Source: an uncultured Armatimonadia bacterium (GTDB taxonomy: Bacteria > Armatimonadota > Zipacnadia > CAVVLO01). From it: a stretch of 64,000 nt of DNA. The position numbers were made by a program, and so were the translations under genes. Each line of letters opens with the position of its first letter. The first letter of the stretch is position 1. A model generated the notes under the pieces. That model was not told the origin of the DNA. It saw nothing but the letters and a program-made list of their open reading frames with translations, and made no database searches. Shown here piece after piece: positions 10,092 through 20,225 of the stretch. The DNA lies in contig CAVVLO010000002.1 of NCBI GenBank assembly GCA_963749155.1, positions 736,001-800,000 of the forward strand, given 5' to 3'.

Positions 10092-10215
10092 ATTAATACG
10101 AACGAAATAACACAAGTTATTTAACAAAGTACCCCTTGATATCTCCCCCTTTCCCGCCCTTTCTGTTATCCTGTTATGGGGGGCATTTCGACGCCCAATC
10201 ACGCGGGAGGGGCCG

Positions 10216-10659
10216 ATGAAATTCTCAACCAAGGGGCGCTTCGCTGTACGCGCGCTTGTCGATATCGGCATTCACGCCGCAGAACATCCAGTAACGGTAA
10301 AGGAGATTTCCGAGCGTCAGGGCATCTCTACCTTCTATTTGGAGCAGCTCTTTTCCAGGATGCGCAAAGCTGGAATCATCAGGGGGCTACGCGGTCCAAA
10401 TGGCGGCTACGAACTGGCCAGAGAGCCCGCCACCATAACCGTACTGGAAGCAGTTGAGGCTGCCGAAGGGCCTGTGGCTCTGGCTGATTGTAACGATGAC
10501 GATGACATACACCAGGCCTGCCCAAGACGACAAAATTGTGTTACCTCTGTGCTCTGGGTCGAGCTGGCCGAGCAGCTGCGCGAACTCCTTGCCCAAGTAA
10601 CGCTAGCTGAATTGCTCGAACGTCATAACAGGCTGGAGGCTTCCTCGAGGGGAAGCTGA
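10216..10659 (+). CDS. iscR: Rrf2 family transcriptional regulator (IscR-like)
   Basis: MKFSTKGRFAVRAL, YLEQLF, RGPNGGY and three Cys (C..CPRRQNC); directly upstream of a cysteine desulfurase. Confidence 0.8.
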   Translation: MKFSTKGRFAVRALVDIGIHAAEHPVTVKEISERQGISTFYLEQLFSRMRKAGIIRGLRGPNGGYELAREPATITVLEAVEAAEGPVALADCNDDDDIHQACPRRQNCVTSVLWVELAEQLRELLAQVTLAELLERHNRLEASSRGS

Positions 10660-10670
10660 AGTCTACCCCT

Positions 10671-11843
10671 ATGGAACGCGTCTATCTTGACAATGCTGCA
10701 ACCACCAGGTGTGATCCCCGGGTTACCGAGGTTATGGTGTCCTGCCTGACCGAATCCTTTGGCAATCCCAATTCACAGCACTCCTTTGGCCATAAAGCAG
10801 CCCACTTGCTGGAAGAGGCTCGAGCCACAACTGCCGACTGTCTGGGAGCAACTCCTGAAGAACTGACTTTTACAGCAGGGGGCAGCGCGGCAATCTACCT
10901 GGCGCTCACCTGTCTGGCCAAGGCCGGCAGAGCCCAGTCGAACCGCATACTTGTTTCTTCCGTCGAACACGAAGCTACTCTCAAAACCTGTCGCCTGCTC
11001 GTAGCTGAAGACTTTGAAGTGGTGCAGTTACCGGTTGATGAGGAAGGCTTCGTCGAACTCGAAGCCGCAGAAAGCGAACTGGCACGAGGCGCGGCCTTCC
11101 TCAGCGTACTCCACGTGCAAAATGAAGTCGGCACAATCGAGCCAATTGAGGCCCTTGGCGCCCTGGCCCGTAAAGCGGGGGTGCCCTTCCATCTGGATGC
11201 CATCCAGAGCTGTGGACAACTGCCCCTCAATTTGGCCGAGTTGCCGGTTGATATGCTTTCGCTGTCAGCGCACAAATTTTACGGTCCGAAGGGAATCGGA
11301 GCGCTTTATGTAAGGCGCGGACTGGACCTGGCAGGTACTGCACTGGCGCCAGGAGGTGACCTTGCGCCTCACGCGGGCACTCCTGATGTAGCAGGAGCGG
11401 TAGGGCTTGCGACGGCCCTGCAACTGGCCACCAGCGAGCTGTCAGAGCGCGCAGCCCGCATCAGCGAGCTAAGAGCCTTGTTGATTGAAGAAGTACTCGC
11501 TTCTAGTCCAGATGCTATACTGTCAGGCCCTTGTGAACAGCGGGCAGGTGGGATCACCCATTTTACTTTTCCACGGCTGGAAGGCGAAGCGCTGGTCACC
11601 AGGCTGGACCTCAAAGGCTTTGCCGTCTCAACCGCCTCAGCCTGCAGGGCTTCCTCCGCCCAGCCAAGTCACGTGCTCAAAGCTATGGGGGTGCCGGCAA
11701 GCCGACTTTATGGGGCCTTGCGCGTTTCACTGGGCAAGGACAATACAGCGGAGGAAGTAAAAGCTTTTGTACAGGCCCTCTACGAGGCAGTAAACAGCCT
11801 GCGTCTTTCTAGCCCCCTAATCTGCTCCTGCCCTCTGGTATAA
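10671..11843 (+). CDS. iscS: Cysteine desulfurase (IscS/NifS, group I)
   Basis: YLDNAATT, NEVGTI, SAHKFYGPKGIG PLP motif, STASAC catalytic Cys loop, PSHVL. Confidence 0.92.
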   Translation: MERVYLDNAATTRCDPRVTEVMVSCLTESFGNPNSQHSFGHKAAHLLEEARATTADCLGATPEELTFTAGGSAAIYLALTCLAKAGRAQSNRILVSSVEHEATLKTCRLLVAEDFEVVQLPVDEEGFVELEAAESELARGAAFLSVLHVQNEVGTIEPIEALGALARKAGVPFHLDAIQSCGQLPLNLAELPVDMLSLSAHKFYGPKGIGALYVRRGLDLAGTALAPGGDLAPHAGTPDVAGAVGLATALQLATSELSERAARISELRALLIEEVLASSPDAILSGPCEQRAGGITHFTFPRLEGEALVTRLDLKGFAVSTASACRASSAQPSHVLKAMGVPASRLYGALRVSLGKDNTAEEVKAFVQALYEAVNSLRLSSPLICSCPLV

Positions 11844-11876
11844 TGAACCATTAGCCAATCCGCAGAGGGACTAGCC

Positions 11877-12794
11877 TTGAGAGACCAGTCACAGCTTTCG
11901 GAGCGTATCCAGCACCTGAAGCAAGAACGCAAGGCGCTGGTGCTTTGCCATTATTATGAGCGCGAAGAGATTTACGATGTCGCCGACCATATCGGGGATT
12001 CCCTTGGCCTGAGCCGACTTGCGGCGGACAGCGATGCCAGTGTGATTGTTTTCTGCGGTGTCCACTTTATGGCTGAAACCGCCTCCATCCTCGCCCCTGA
12101 AAAGCTTGTGCTGCTACCTGTGGTCACGGCAGGCTGTCCGATGGCCGATATGGTCGATACCGAGTATGTACTCGAGCGGCGCAAGGCTCTGCCTGAGGGG
12201 GAAGTCGTCGCCTATGTCAACACTTCCGCCAGGGTAAAGGCTGTCTCAGACTGGTGTTGCACCTCAGCCAATGCGGTTTCGGTCGTGAATCACGTGCCTT
12301 CGGACACGGTGATTTTCGTACCTGACAAGTACCTCGGGGCTTATGTAGCCAGCAAGACCAACAAAAAGGTAGACCTGCCCCCTGGTTATTGCCCGACCCA
12401 TGCGATGATCTTGCCGGAACACATATTGCAGGCAAAGGCCGATTATCCAAAGGCTCTGGTGCTGGCTCATCCCGAATGCCGGCCGGAAACTTTGGCGCTG
12501 GTTGATTATGTTGGCAGCACAGCGGGTATGGAGAAATATGTGGCAGGCTCCGAGGCTACCGAGTTCATCATCGGAACAGAGACCGGCTTCATCGCCAAGC
12601 TGCATCGCGACAATCCTGGAAAGCAGTTCATTGCGGCGCGCGAAGCCGCAACCTGCCCCAATATGAAGAAGATAACTCTCGAAGCTGTGCTCCACTCGCT
12701 GGAGGGCCTGGAGCCTGTGGTCAAGGTGCCCGAGGATATCGCAAGCAAAGCCAGGCTTCCAATAGAGCGTATGCTCAGCATACCGAGAGATTGA
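11877..12794 (+). CDS. nadA: Quinolinate synthase
   Basis: GDSLGL, FCGVHFMAETA, AGCPMAD, YVNT, CTSANA, AHPEC, CPNMK. Confidence 0.95.
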   Translation: MRDQSQLSERIQHLKQERKALVLCHYYEREEIYDVADHIGDSLGLSRLAADSDASVIVFCGVHFMAETASILAPEKLVLLPVVTAGCPMADMVDTEYVLERRKALPEGEVVAYVNTSARVKAVSDWCCTSANAVSVVNHVPSDTVIFVPDKYLGAYVASKTNKKVDLPPGYCPTHAMILPEHILQAKADYPKALVLAHPECRPETLALVDYVGSTAGMEKYVAGSEATEFIIGTETGFIAKLHRDNPGKQFIAAREAATCPNMKKITLEAVLHSLEGLEPVVKVPEDIASKARLPIERMLSIPRD

Positions 12795-12877
12795 TCGAAG
12801 GAGTTGTAAAGCATTACAGGCCACACCGACTTAGGTCCCACCCATTTCGCAAGAGCGTTAAGAGTGGAGGGTTCTCT

Positions 12878-13915
12878 ATGGCCAAAGAGTTCACACGCAA
12901 GCAACTGCTGACCTTGCTGGGAGGCCTTGCAATAACTGGCCTGCCTGGTTGCGGCAGCAAGGAGGCGGCCTCCGAGCCGCTCCAGACCCCCCCTGTGCCA
13001 CCCGCCCCACCTGCCCCAGAAAGCTCTGAAGCCGGCAAGAAGAGCCTCGTTGTGGTTGCCCTTGGCAAGAATCTGACGAATGCCAACGGTGACTATATCG
13101 CAGCCCAGGTGCAGCCTGTGGTGGACAAAGCCATCGCCAGAGCATTGAAGGCCAAGGATGCGGTAGAAGGTCTTGCCAAAATCATCAGCCCCGAGGATGT
13201 AGTCGGACTCAAAGTCAACTGCATCGCCGGTTACTCGCTTTGTTCGCGTCCAGAGGTCGCTTTTGCCATCGCCAGGCGCGTCCAGGACCTTGGTGTACCG
13301 CCGGAACATATCATCATCTGGGACCGCACCGACGCCGAGCTTATTGGCTGCCGTTACACGCTCAACAAGCAACCAGGCGCCATCCAGGTCTATGGCACCT
13401 CACCCGACATTGGTTATACAGCCTCACCTCTCAAGGGGGGCACCTTCAGCGATAACATCTCGAATATCCTGGTGGAGCGCTGCACCAAGCTCATCAATGT
13501 GCCGGTGATGAAGACCCACGGGGGAGCTGGCGTGTCTTTGGCGCTCAAGAATCACCTGGGCACCAACCAGAATCCTGGCAACAACCACAATGACTTGAAG
13601 TCTATAGGCGATCTCAACGCCTTCGCTCCCATCAAGGACAAGACCGTGCTGGTTGTTTGCGATGCGATCCGGCCTCTCTACAAAGACGGGCCTGGCGACA
13701 ATCCCCAGTACCGCTGGGAATATAATGCCATCATCGCCAGCACTGACCCTGTTGCGCATGACAGGGCGGGCTACGAGATCCTCTCCCAGCGCTGGCAGGT
13801 CGCGCACGGCGCCGAAGGTTGGGGCCACGAATATGGCCTCGACCACATCAGGCGCGCCGGTGAACTGGGACTTGGCAATTTCGATCCGAGTATGCTTGAG
13901 ATAGTGGAGGCCTAA
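12878..13915 (+). CDS. DUF362 domain lipoprotein, paralog 1
   Basis: Tat-like lipoprotein signal FTRKQLL...LPGC; VGLKVN, INVPVMKTH, SLALKNHLG, STDPVAHD, LGLG motifs. Confidence 0.85.
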   Translation: MAKEFTRKQLLTLLGGLAITGLPGCGSKEAASEPLQTPPVPPAPPAPESSEAGKKSLVVVALGKNLTNANGDYIAAQVQPVVDKAIARALKAKDAVEGLAKIISPEDVVGLKVNCIAGYSLCSRPEVAFAIARRVQDLGVPPEHIIIWDRTDAELIGCRYTLNKQPGAIQVYGTSPDIGYTASPLKGGTFSDNISNILVERCTKLINVPVMKTHGGAGVSLALKNHLGTNQNPGNNHNDLKSIGDLNAFAPIKDKTVLVVCDAIRPLYKDGPGDNPQYRWEYNAIIASTDPVAHDRAGYEILSQRWQVAHGAEGWGHEYGLDHIRRAGELGLGNFDPSMLEIVEA

Positions 13916-14163
13916 GGTTCAGTCAGGCTGGAACAAGCAGCGTCTACTAATTGTCTATATAATGAAACCAAGTGCTTGCCTGGTGGCCACTTCAGCAGGT
14001 AAGTCTAGATTTGGTGCATAATATAGGTATTACAGGACCGACAGGCCTGCACTGGTTGTTCGGCAGGCCTGTGAGTGTATGACGAAAACAGCTAGATAAT
14101 TAGGGACTTACCAATCCAGCTGACGCCAGTCGTCGAGCGAGATTGATACCAGGAGGCCAATAT

Positions 14164-15171
14164 ATGGCAAAAGACCGAGAACACACCAAAGGCATAACCA
14201 GGAAAGATTTCGTCAAGGGCGCGCTCGCAGGAGCCTTCCTGCTTGGCGCGGCCGGTTCACTTCCAGGCTTCGCCGCTTTTGATCCAAAGAAGAAGAGCCT
14301 CGTGGCAATTGCTCGCGGCACCAATCTGATGAACGCCAATGGCGATTATCTCGGCCCACAGGTCCAGACTGTGGTGGACCGGGCCATCGCTAAAGCCCTG
14401 CAGGCGCCTAATGCGGTCGAAGGGTTGAAAAAAATCATCAGCGCGAACGATACTGTGGGGCTGAAGGTAAACTGCATCGCCGGCTATTCGCTATGCACCC
14501 GGCCTGAAGTAGCCCTGGCCATTGCGCAGCGAGTCCATGACCTGGGAGTGCCCTCCGAGCGCATTATCATCTGGGACCGCACTGACGCCGAGCTTATCAA
14601 CTGCCGCTACCGGCTTCAGAAAGCTCCTGGCGGAGTCCAGATTTTCGGCACCAAGCCAGGAGTTGGCTACACTGACGCTCCTGTCCCAGGTGGCGCCAAG
14701 GCAGATCATCTCTCGAAGATACTCACCGAGCAATGCACCAAGCTCATCAATGTGCCTGTAATGAAGACTCACGGCGGAGCCGGGATTTCTCTCGCGCTAA
14801 AAAACCATCTGGGCACCGACCAGAATCCTGGCAGCTACCATGATGATGGTTGTATTGCGGTTGGAGACCTCAACGCCTCGCAGCCCATCAAAGACAAGAC
14901 CGTGCTGGTCGTTTGCGATGCAATCAGGCCCCTGTGCAAACATGGCCCTGGCGATAGTCCCGAGTTCCGCTGGAATTACAACGGCATCCTGGCCAGCACC
15001 GATCCCGTAGCGCATGATCGTGTGGGCTACGAAGTAATGGCCCAGCAGTGGCGGACTCTGCGCGGGGCTGAGGGCTGGGGTCATGAGCAAGGTCTGAAGC
15101 ATATACTGAGGGCTGCTGAACTCGGCCTCGGTCACGGCGACCTAAATATGATCCAGATCGTCGAGGTATAA
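14164..15171 (+). CDS. DUF362 domain protein, paralog 2
   Basis: Tat-like signal ITRKDFVKG; same DUF362 motifs, highly similar to paralog 1. Confidence 0.85.
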   Translation: MAKDREHTKGITRKDFVKGALAGAFLLGAAGSLPGFAAFDPKKKSLVAIARGTNLMNANGDYLGPQVQTVVDRAIAKALQAPNAVEGLKKIISANDTVGLKVNCIAGYSLCTRPEVALAIAQRVHDLGVPSERIIIWDRTDAELINCRYRLQKAPGGVQIFGTKPGVGYTDAPVPGGAKADHLSKILTEQCTKLINVPVMKTHGGAGISLALKNHLGTDQNPGSYHDDGCIAVGDLNASQPIKDKTVLVVCDAIRPLCKHGPGDSPEFRWNYNGILASTDPVAHDRVGYEVMAQQWRTLRGAEGWGHEQGLKHILRAAELGLGHGDLNMIQIVEV

Positions 15172-15187
15172 GGAGCGACTAGTAAAA

Positions 15188-16166
15188 ATGGCAAAACAGT
15201 TTACGCGCAAGCAACTCCTCGGATTACTCGGAGGGCTGGCGATAACCGGGATTACTGGCTGCGGCAAAGAAGGAGCCACTACTGGGGCTCTGCCCCCCGC
15301 CGCGCCTGTGCCTGCTCCAAAGCCTGCCACCAGCACTCCCAAAGTGGGCGGCGAACTAGGCAAGGGTGTCCTTTATATAGCCAAAGGCGCAGATGCCAAG
15401 GACAACGTCAAACGTGCCCTTGTGGGGGCGGGCGGACTTGAGAAATGGGTTAAGCCTGGCTCAAAAGTCGTCATCAAGCCCAATATGGCCTGGGGAGCTC
15501 CCCGGTGACGTTGGAGTGGTTACTTCTCCCGACGTCGTTGTTGCGCTAGTCGAAGCCTGTAAAACAGCAGGCGCGGGAAGCATCCGGGTCATCGATCACG
15601 GTATAAATCCGGCCGCGTCGGTCTACGCCGCAAGTGGTTTGAAGACGGCTATCGAAGGCGCCGGCGCCGAGTGTTTTATTGATACTTCGGGCGGCACCGA
15701 GCGGCTTTACACCAAAGTGGCTCTGCCCCAGGGCAAAGCAATGCAGGAAGACGAGTGCCTCACCGAGTTGCTCGAAGCCGACTGCTTTATCAATGTGCCA
15801 GTCTGCAAACATCACAGCGGCACCAATGTATCGCTTGCTCTTAAGGCGATGATGGGAGCCAACCGGGACAGGCAGAAGTGGCATGCCAGCCAGTTGCATC
15901 AGTGTATCGCCGACTACGCGACAGAAGTCAGGGCTCATCTTGTCGTGCTGGACGCGACCAATGTGCTTAAGGACAACGGGCCTCAAGGGCCAGGCACAGT
16001 GGATAAAGCCAATCAGATCATAGTTGGCACCGACCCAGTCGCGGTGGACGCCTATGGCGCGACTTTGGTCGGTTATCAACCTGACCAGGTGGACCATATA
16101 AAGTTCGCATACGAGTTTGGGTTGGGCGAGATGTCCCTGGCCAACATCAAACTTAACGAAGTCTGA
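15188..16166 (+). CDS. DUF362 domain lipoprotein, paralog 3 (frameshift in C-run near 15500)
   Basis: VVIKPNMAW continues as GAPGDVGVVTSPDVV if one C is removed; INVPVCKHH, LALKAMMG, GTDPVAVDAY. Confidence 0.85.
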
Positions 16167-16184
16167 TAATCCGGGAGGCTCCAG

Positions 16185-17691
16185 TTGAGAAGCTGGCTGC
16201 GCCGAGGGGTGCAGGTAGCGAGCTTTGGGTTGTTTGTTGTATTGCTCGCCTATACCTTCCCCCTTGAAAATACCCTTGCAGATGACTTATGGCTGCGCTT
16301 CGATCCGCTGGTCGCCCTTTCGGCGATGATTGCGGCGAGGCAGATAATTCCTGTGCTACTAATCCCGCTTGCTTTTATGGCGCTGGTTGGCCTGCTGATT
16401 GGCCGGTGCTTTTGTGGATGGATTTGCCCGCTTGGAGCCTTGCTGGACTTTTGGAGCTGGCTGGTAAAACCGCGCCAACTTGGCAGACCTTCACCTCACC
16501 TGACCAAAGTAAAGTATGTCCTCCTAATCGTCGTGCTGCTGTTTGCCCTATTTGGTTTCCAGCTTGTGCAGTGGGTAGACCCGTTGGTCATCCTGACGCG
16601 TAGTTCCTCTTTGGTTGCCTATCCTCTCTATATGAAAGCGGCCCATCAATGGCCCTGGCTAGCCAGCCTGTTTGGTTCGGAAGCGCCCCTGGGCACAGCG
16701 CCGTTTTTCAGACTGGGCCTGGTGGCGGCGGCCTTCCTGGTCGTTATCCTGGGCCTGTCACTGCTTCAGCCGCGTTTCTGGTGCCGGTACCTGTGCCCAC
16801 TTGGCGCCTTCTACGGAGCGCTCTCACGCTTTCCGTTATTGAAGCGGCGGGTCTCCGAGGCTTGTATTGACTGCGGCAAATGCGCCCACTGGTGCAAGAC
16901 AGGCGCCATCAGACCAGATGAGTTGCGCGGGCGAGATGCTTCAGAGTGCATCCTTTGTCTAGAGTGTGAACGCGTCTGTCCGCCAAAAGCGACCCGGTTC
17001 GTAGTTGGAGGCACAGAGCAGAACACTCAAAGTGGATACGGAGTTACGCGCAAGTATCTGTTAGCCTCCCTGGTCGCCGCGGCTGCCGGTGCCGGTGCTT
17101 TCCTGGGCCAACAAATCGGACAAGCCTCTTGACCATAAACTCATCAGACCTCCTGGCGCGGCCCCGGAAGAGGACTTCAATGCACTTTGTGTGCGTTGCG
17201 GCGAATGTATGAAAAAATGTCCAACCGCTGGTCTGCAGCCTTCTATCACAGAGGCTGGCCTTGAAGGGCTAGGCACTCCTGTACTGGTTCCTCTGCATGG
17301 TCCCTGCGAAAAAGATTGCAACACCTGCGGGCAGGTCTGCCCAACTGACGCCATCCGGGGCTTCCGCATCGAGGACAAGCCCAAGCTGAAGATTGGCGTG
17401 GCAGCAGTAGACCGGGGCCTCTGCATCGGCTGGGCGCGCGGGCGGCTTTGCCTGCTTTGCGAGGAGCAATGTCCTTATGGGGCTATCCACCATGTGGACG
17501 CCTCTGGTACGCAATGCCCTGTTGTCGATGATACACTCTGTGTAGGGTGTGGGATTTGTGAGTTCCAGTGTCCACTTCGCCCCCAGGCGGCTATCCGCGT
17601 GAACGGGGTTGGGGAGCGGACTAGCGCGCCCAGTAAGCCGAGCGATGCCCTCGCCGACTTCTGGAGGCGGTCAAACCCGGATGATAATTGA
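16185..17691 (+). CDS. Membrane 4Fe-4S polyferredoxin (NapH/MauN-like fused to NapG/MauM-like), frameshift near 17090-17130
   Basis: GRCFCGWICPLG, RFWCRYLCPLG, several CxxCxxCxxxCP motifs, IRPPGA, CIGW. Confidence 0.85.
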
Positions 17692-18367
17692 GACCAAAAT
17701 CTGTGGCCTCACCAGTATCGAAGACGCCAGGCTGGCCGAAGAGGCCGGCGCTGACTGGCTGGGCGTGGTCGTAGAAGTCAGTTACTCGCGCAGGTCGCGT
17801 ACCCTGGCAGAAGCCAAGGCTATCTTTGAAGCAGTCTCGACCTCTACTGTGGCGCTGCTGATGGAGCCTGAACTGGAGTTCCTGCTTCGAGTGCAGGAGG
17901 AGCTTAACCCAGACGCCTTCCAACTCGTGGGAGAAGACTCCCCCGATTTCATCGCCAAAGCGCGCGAGGTCTTGCCTGAAGAGGTAGCCCTCTGGAAGTC
18001 TATCCATCTGCCCGCCGAGGCCGGTATGGAATTCGACCTGTTCACCCTGATTGAGAGAGCGCGCGAGTATGAACAGGCCAGTGCCGACCGGTTTGTACTG
18101 GATACGCGTGTCACCGTTGGCGGCCAGACAGCTTATGGGGGCACGGGGCAGGTTGCCGATTGGGAACTTGCCGCCGAGGTAGTGCGCCAGGTGGATCTTT
18201 CAGTGTTGCTGGCCGGTGGACTCTCTCCGGACAATGTCGCAGAAGCTATCCAAAAAGTGCGACCCCGAGGCGTGGATGTCGCCAGCGGGGTCGAGAGCGA
18301 GCCCGGCATCAAGTCGCCGGAGAAAGTCAGAGCTTTTATCCAGGCCGCGCGAGGCGCCCTCGGTTAG
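17681..18367 (+). CDS. trpF: Phosphoribosylanthranilate isomerase
   Basis: KICGLT, GGTGQVADW, LAGGLSPDNV, GVDVASGVE, PGIKS. Confidence 0.93.
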   Translation: MIIETKICGLTSIEDARLAEEAGADWLGVVVEVSYSRRSRTLAEAKAIFEAVSTSTVALLMEPELEFLLRVQEELNPDAFQLVGEDSPDFIAKAREVLPEEVALWKSIHLPAEAGMEFDLFTLIERAREYEQASADRFVLDTRVTVGGQTAYGGTGQVADWELAAEVVRQVDLSVLLAGGLSPDNVAEAIQKVRPRGVDVASGVESEPGIKSPEKVRAFIQAARGALG

Positions 18368-19020
18368 TCCAGCCCAGCAGGAGGCTCATCAGGCGTCTGG
18401 GCCTGTTCGAGGGGCGGCTTGGGCACTTTTCCCAAAGCGGTCAGTACCGTTGCCCCAATCCCCACTAACGCTGCGTACAAGGTTACCAGGGTACCCAGTG
18501 GCACCATCAACTTCGAAAGCGCAAGCGCAGCGCAACCCCAGGCCACCTTCGAGGCGTCACTAGCCTCGGGACGCCCGAAGAAAGCCATCAGCCTGCCTCC
18601 GGCATAAAGTGAAGCCGCCGCAAAACCAGCCCAGGCGATGGCGATCCAAAGTATGAGCATCAAGGCGCCTACGAGTGCCAGAACGCTGTTGGTGCTGATT
18701 AAACCTACCCCAATCGCAATCAGGAATATCGAGGACAGAAGTCCCCAGACAAGGGCGCCAACAGGGCGCTCCCGGATCACCAGCGCGCGCACATTCGTCT
18801 TGGTCGGCTGATAAGCCGCGATCAGTAAAGTCAGCCCCATCGCTGCGGCGATGAGCAGGGGGATCAACAAACCGATTGTGATAACTATAACGGCACTGCC
18901 AAAGGCCTTCTCAGCGCCCCCAGCGCCTGCTGGCGCAGCGACTTTCGCAGCCTCCTCGGCCCAGGCAGGCCAAGCGAGTAAAGCCAGCATTACAGGCGAA
19001 TACCTGGCTAGCAATTTCAT
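18364..19020 (-). CDS. Membrane protein, third gene of ECF sigma operon
   Basis: Signal peptide plus about 5 TM helices; start overlaps the anti-sigma stop. Confidence 0.65.
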   Translation of the reverse strand: MKLLARYSPVMLALLAWPAWAEEAAKVAAPAGAGGAEKAFGSAVIVITIGLLIPLLIAAAMGLTLLIAAYQPTKTNVRALVIRERPVGALVWGLLSSIFLIAIGVGLISTNSVLALVGALMLILWIAIAWAGFAAASLYAGGRLMAFFGRPEASDASKVAWGCAALALSKLMVPLGTLVTLYAALVGIGATVLTALGKVPKPPLEQAQTPDEPPAGLD

Positions 19021-19596
19021 CTTGAGAAAGCCTCCTCGGTGCGTTCGAGACGCTCACTGCGCTGTATGAACAAACCCAGCGCGAGCAGCAACGCTATCAG
19101 CGCCGCCACCGCAAGCATAAGCCAGGTTGGCGTAACCCCATACCCTTCGAGAGTGGTCTGCATCGACTCGCGGGACAGGGGCATACTGGCCGCAATCAAT
19201 TCGGTCCCAAGCATATCGGCGACCGTCTCATACGAATTGGTTAGCTCGCTACTCCAGCCGGCTGACTTGCTTTGAGGGAGTCATCAAAGGCTGGTTATAG
19301 CCCCAAAACAGCATCGCGCCGAGTACCAGGAGCGCCAGGCATGACAGCGCAAGGCTATAAGTGGTCTGGCGCATACCGCTGCGCCTGACGGCATCCATCA
19401 CCTTGAACTCGAATCCCGCAGGAGCCTCTTCGATAAGCGCCGAGGGCAGCACCTGCTCCAGTTGTTCTTGCGCCGCGGCAAATCGCGCGCAGGCGGGACA
19501 CTGGCTCAGGTGGTCTTCGACTTCGCTCATAAGACGAATTGGCAAGCGTGATACAGGGAACAAGGCGACCAGGTTGCGTACTTTATCACAGTTCAT
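19017..19596 (-). CDS. Zinc-finger (zf-HC2) anti-sigma factor, frameshifted near 19270
   Basis: MNCDKV...EVEDHLSQCPAC (HxxxCxxC), TM helix, then continues in another frame to a second TM. Confidence 0.8.
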
Positions 19597-20206
19597 CCCA
19601 CTGGCCTCCTTCTTCATTTGTTTCCTCCGCCTCAGGCAAAACGGCCTCGGGGTCGAGTGCCTTGGCGAGGGCGGCTTTCCCCCGAAAGACGAGGGTCTTG
19701 GCGGTGCCCACAGGCACTTCCAGCGTCCTGGCGATGTCTGTATAACTGAGATCAGCCAGATAGCGCAGGCAGATGGCCAGCCGGTATTTTTCCGGAAGGT
19801 CGGCAATCGCCTTGCGCACAACCTGCTGTACCTCGCGCGTCTCTACCAGGTGTTGGACGCTGGGCTGAGTCAAACTTTCGGGGCCGGTGGATCCGCTAAG
19901 GATTGCCTCATCAAAAGGCAAAGAAGGGCGGTTTTTGTGCATCCGAAGATGGCTCAGCGCCACATTGGCTGCCAGTTTGAGCAGCCAGGGCAAAAAGGGA
20001 CGGTTCTGTCTATAGGTGTGTAATTTGCGCCAGGCTCGGACAAAGGTCTCCTGTGCCAGGTCTTCAGCCTCCGAGCGACTGCGCGCTTTGTGGGCGACGA
20101 CCGAGTAGACCTGGTGCTGATAACGCCTGACCAGCAAGCCATAGGCAGCTCTGTCGCCCGCCACTGCTCGCTGTACCAGTTCGTAATCCGAAGCCGAGTT
20201 CAGCAC
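19586..20206 (-). CDS. ECF RNA polymerase sigma factor (SigW/RpoE-like)
   Basis: AEDLAQETFVRAW, FLPWL..LAAN, LPEKYR, LSYTDIA..L.VPVGTAKT..FRG. Confidence 0.92.
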   Translation of the reverse strand: MLNSASDYELVQRAVAGDRAAYGLLVRRYQHQVYSVVAHKARSRSEAEDLAQETFVRAWRKLHTYRQNRPFLPWLLKLAANVALSHLRMHKNRPSLPFDEAILSGSTGPESLTQPSVQHLVETREVQQVVRKAIADLPEKYRLAICLRYLADLSYTDIARTLEVPVGTAKTLVFRGKAALAKALDPEAVLPEAEETNEEGGQWDEL

Positions 20207-20225
20207 AATATCACTCCTGCCGGCT

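Noticed and set aside
15495..15510. TGA in DUF362 paralog 3 as selenocysteine
   Set aside because: The downstream domain is in a different frame; an extra C in the CCCC run explains it.
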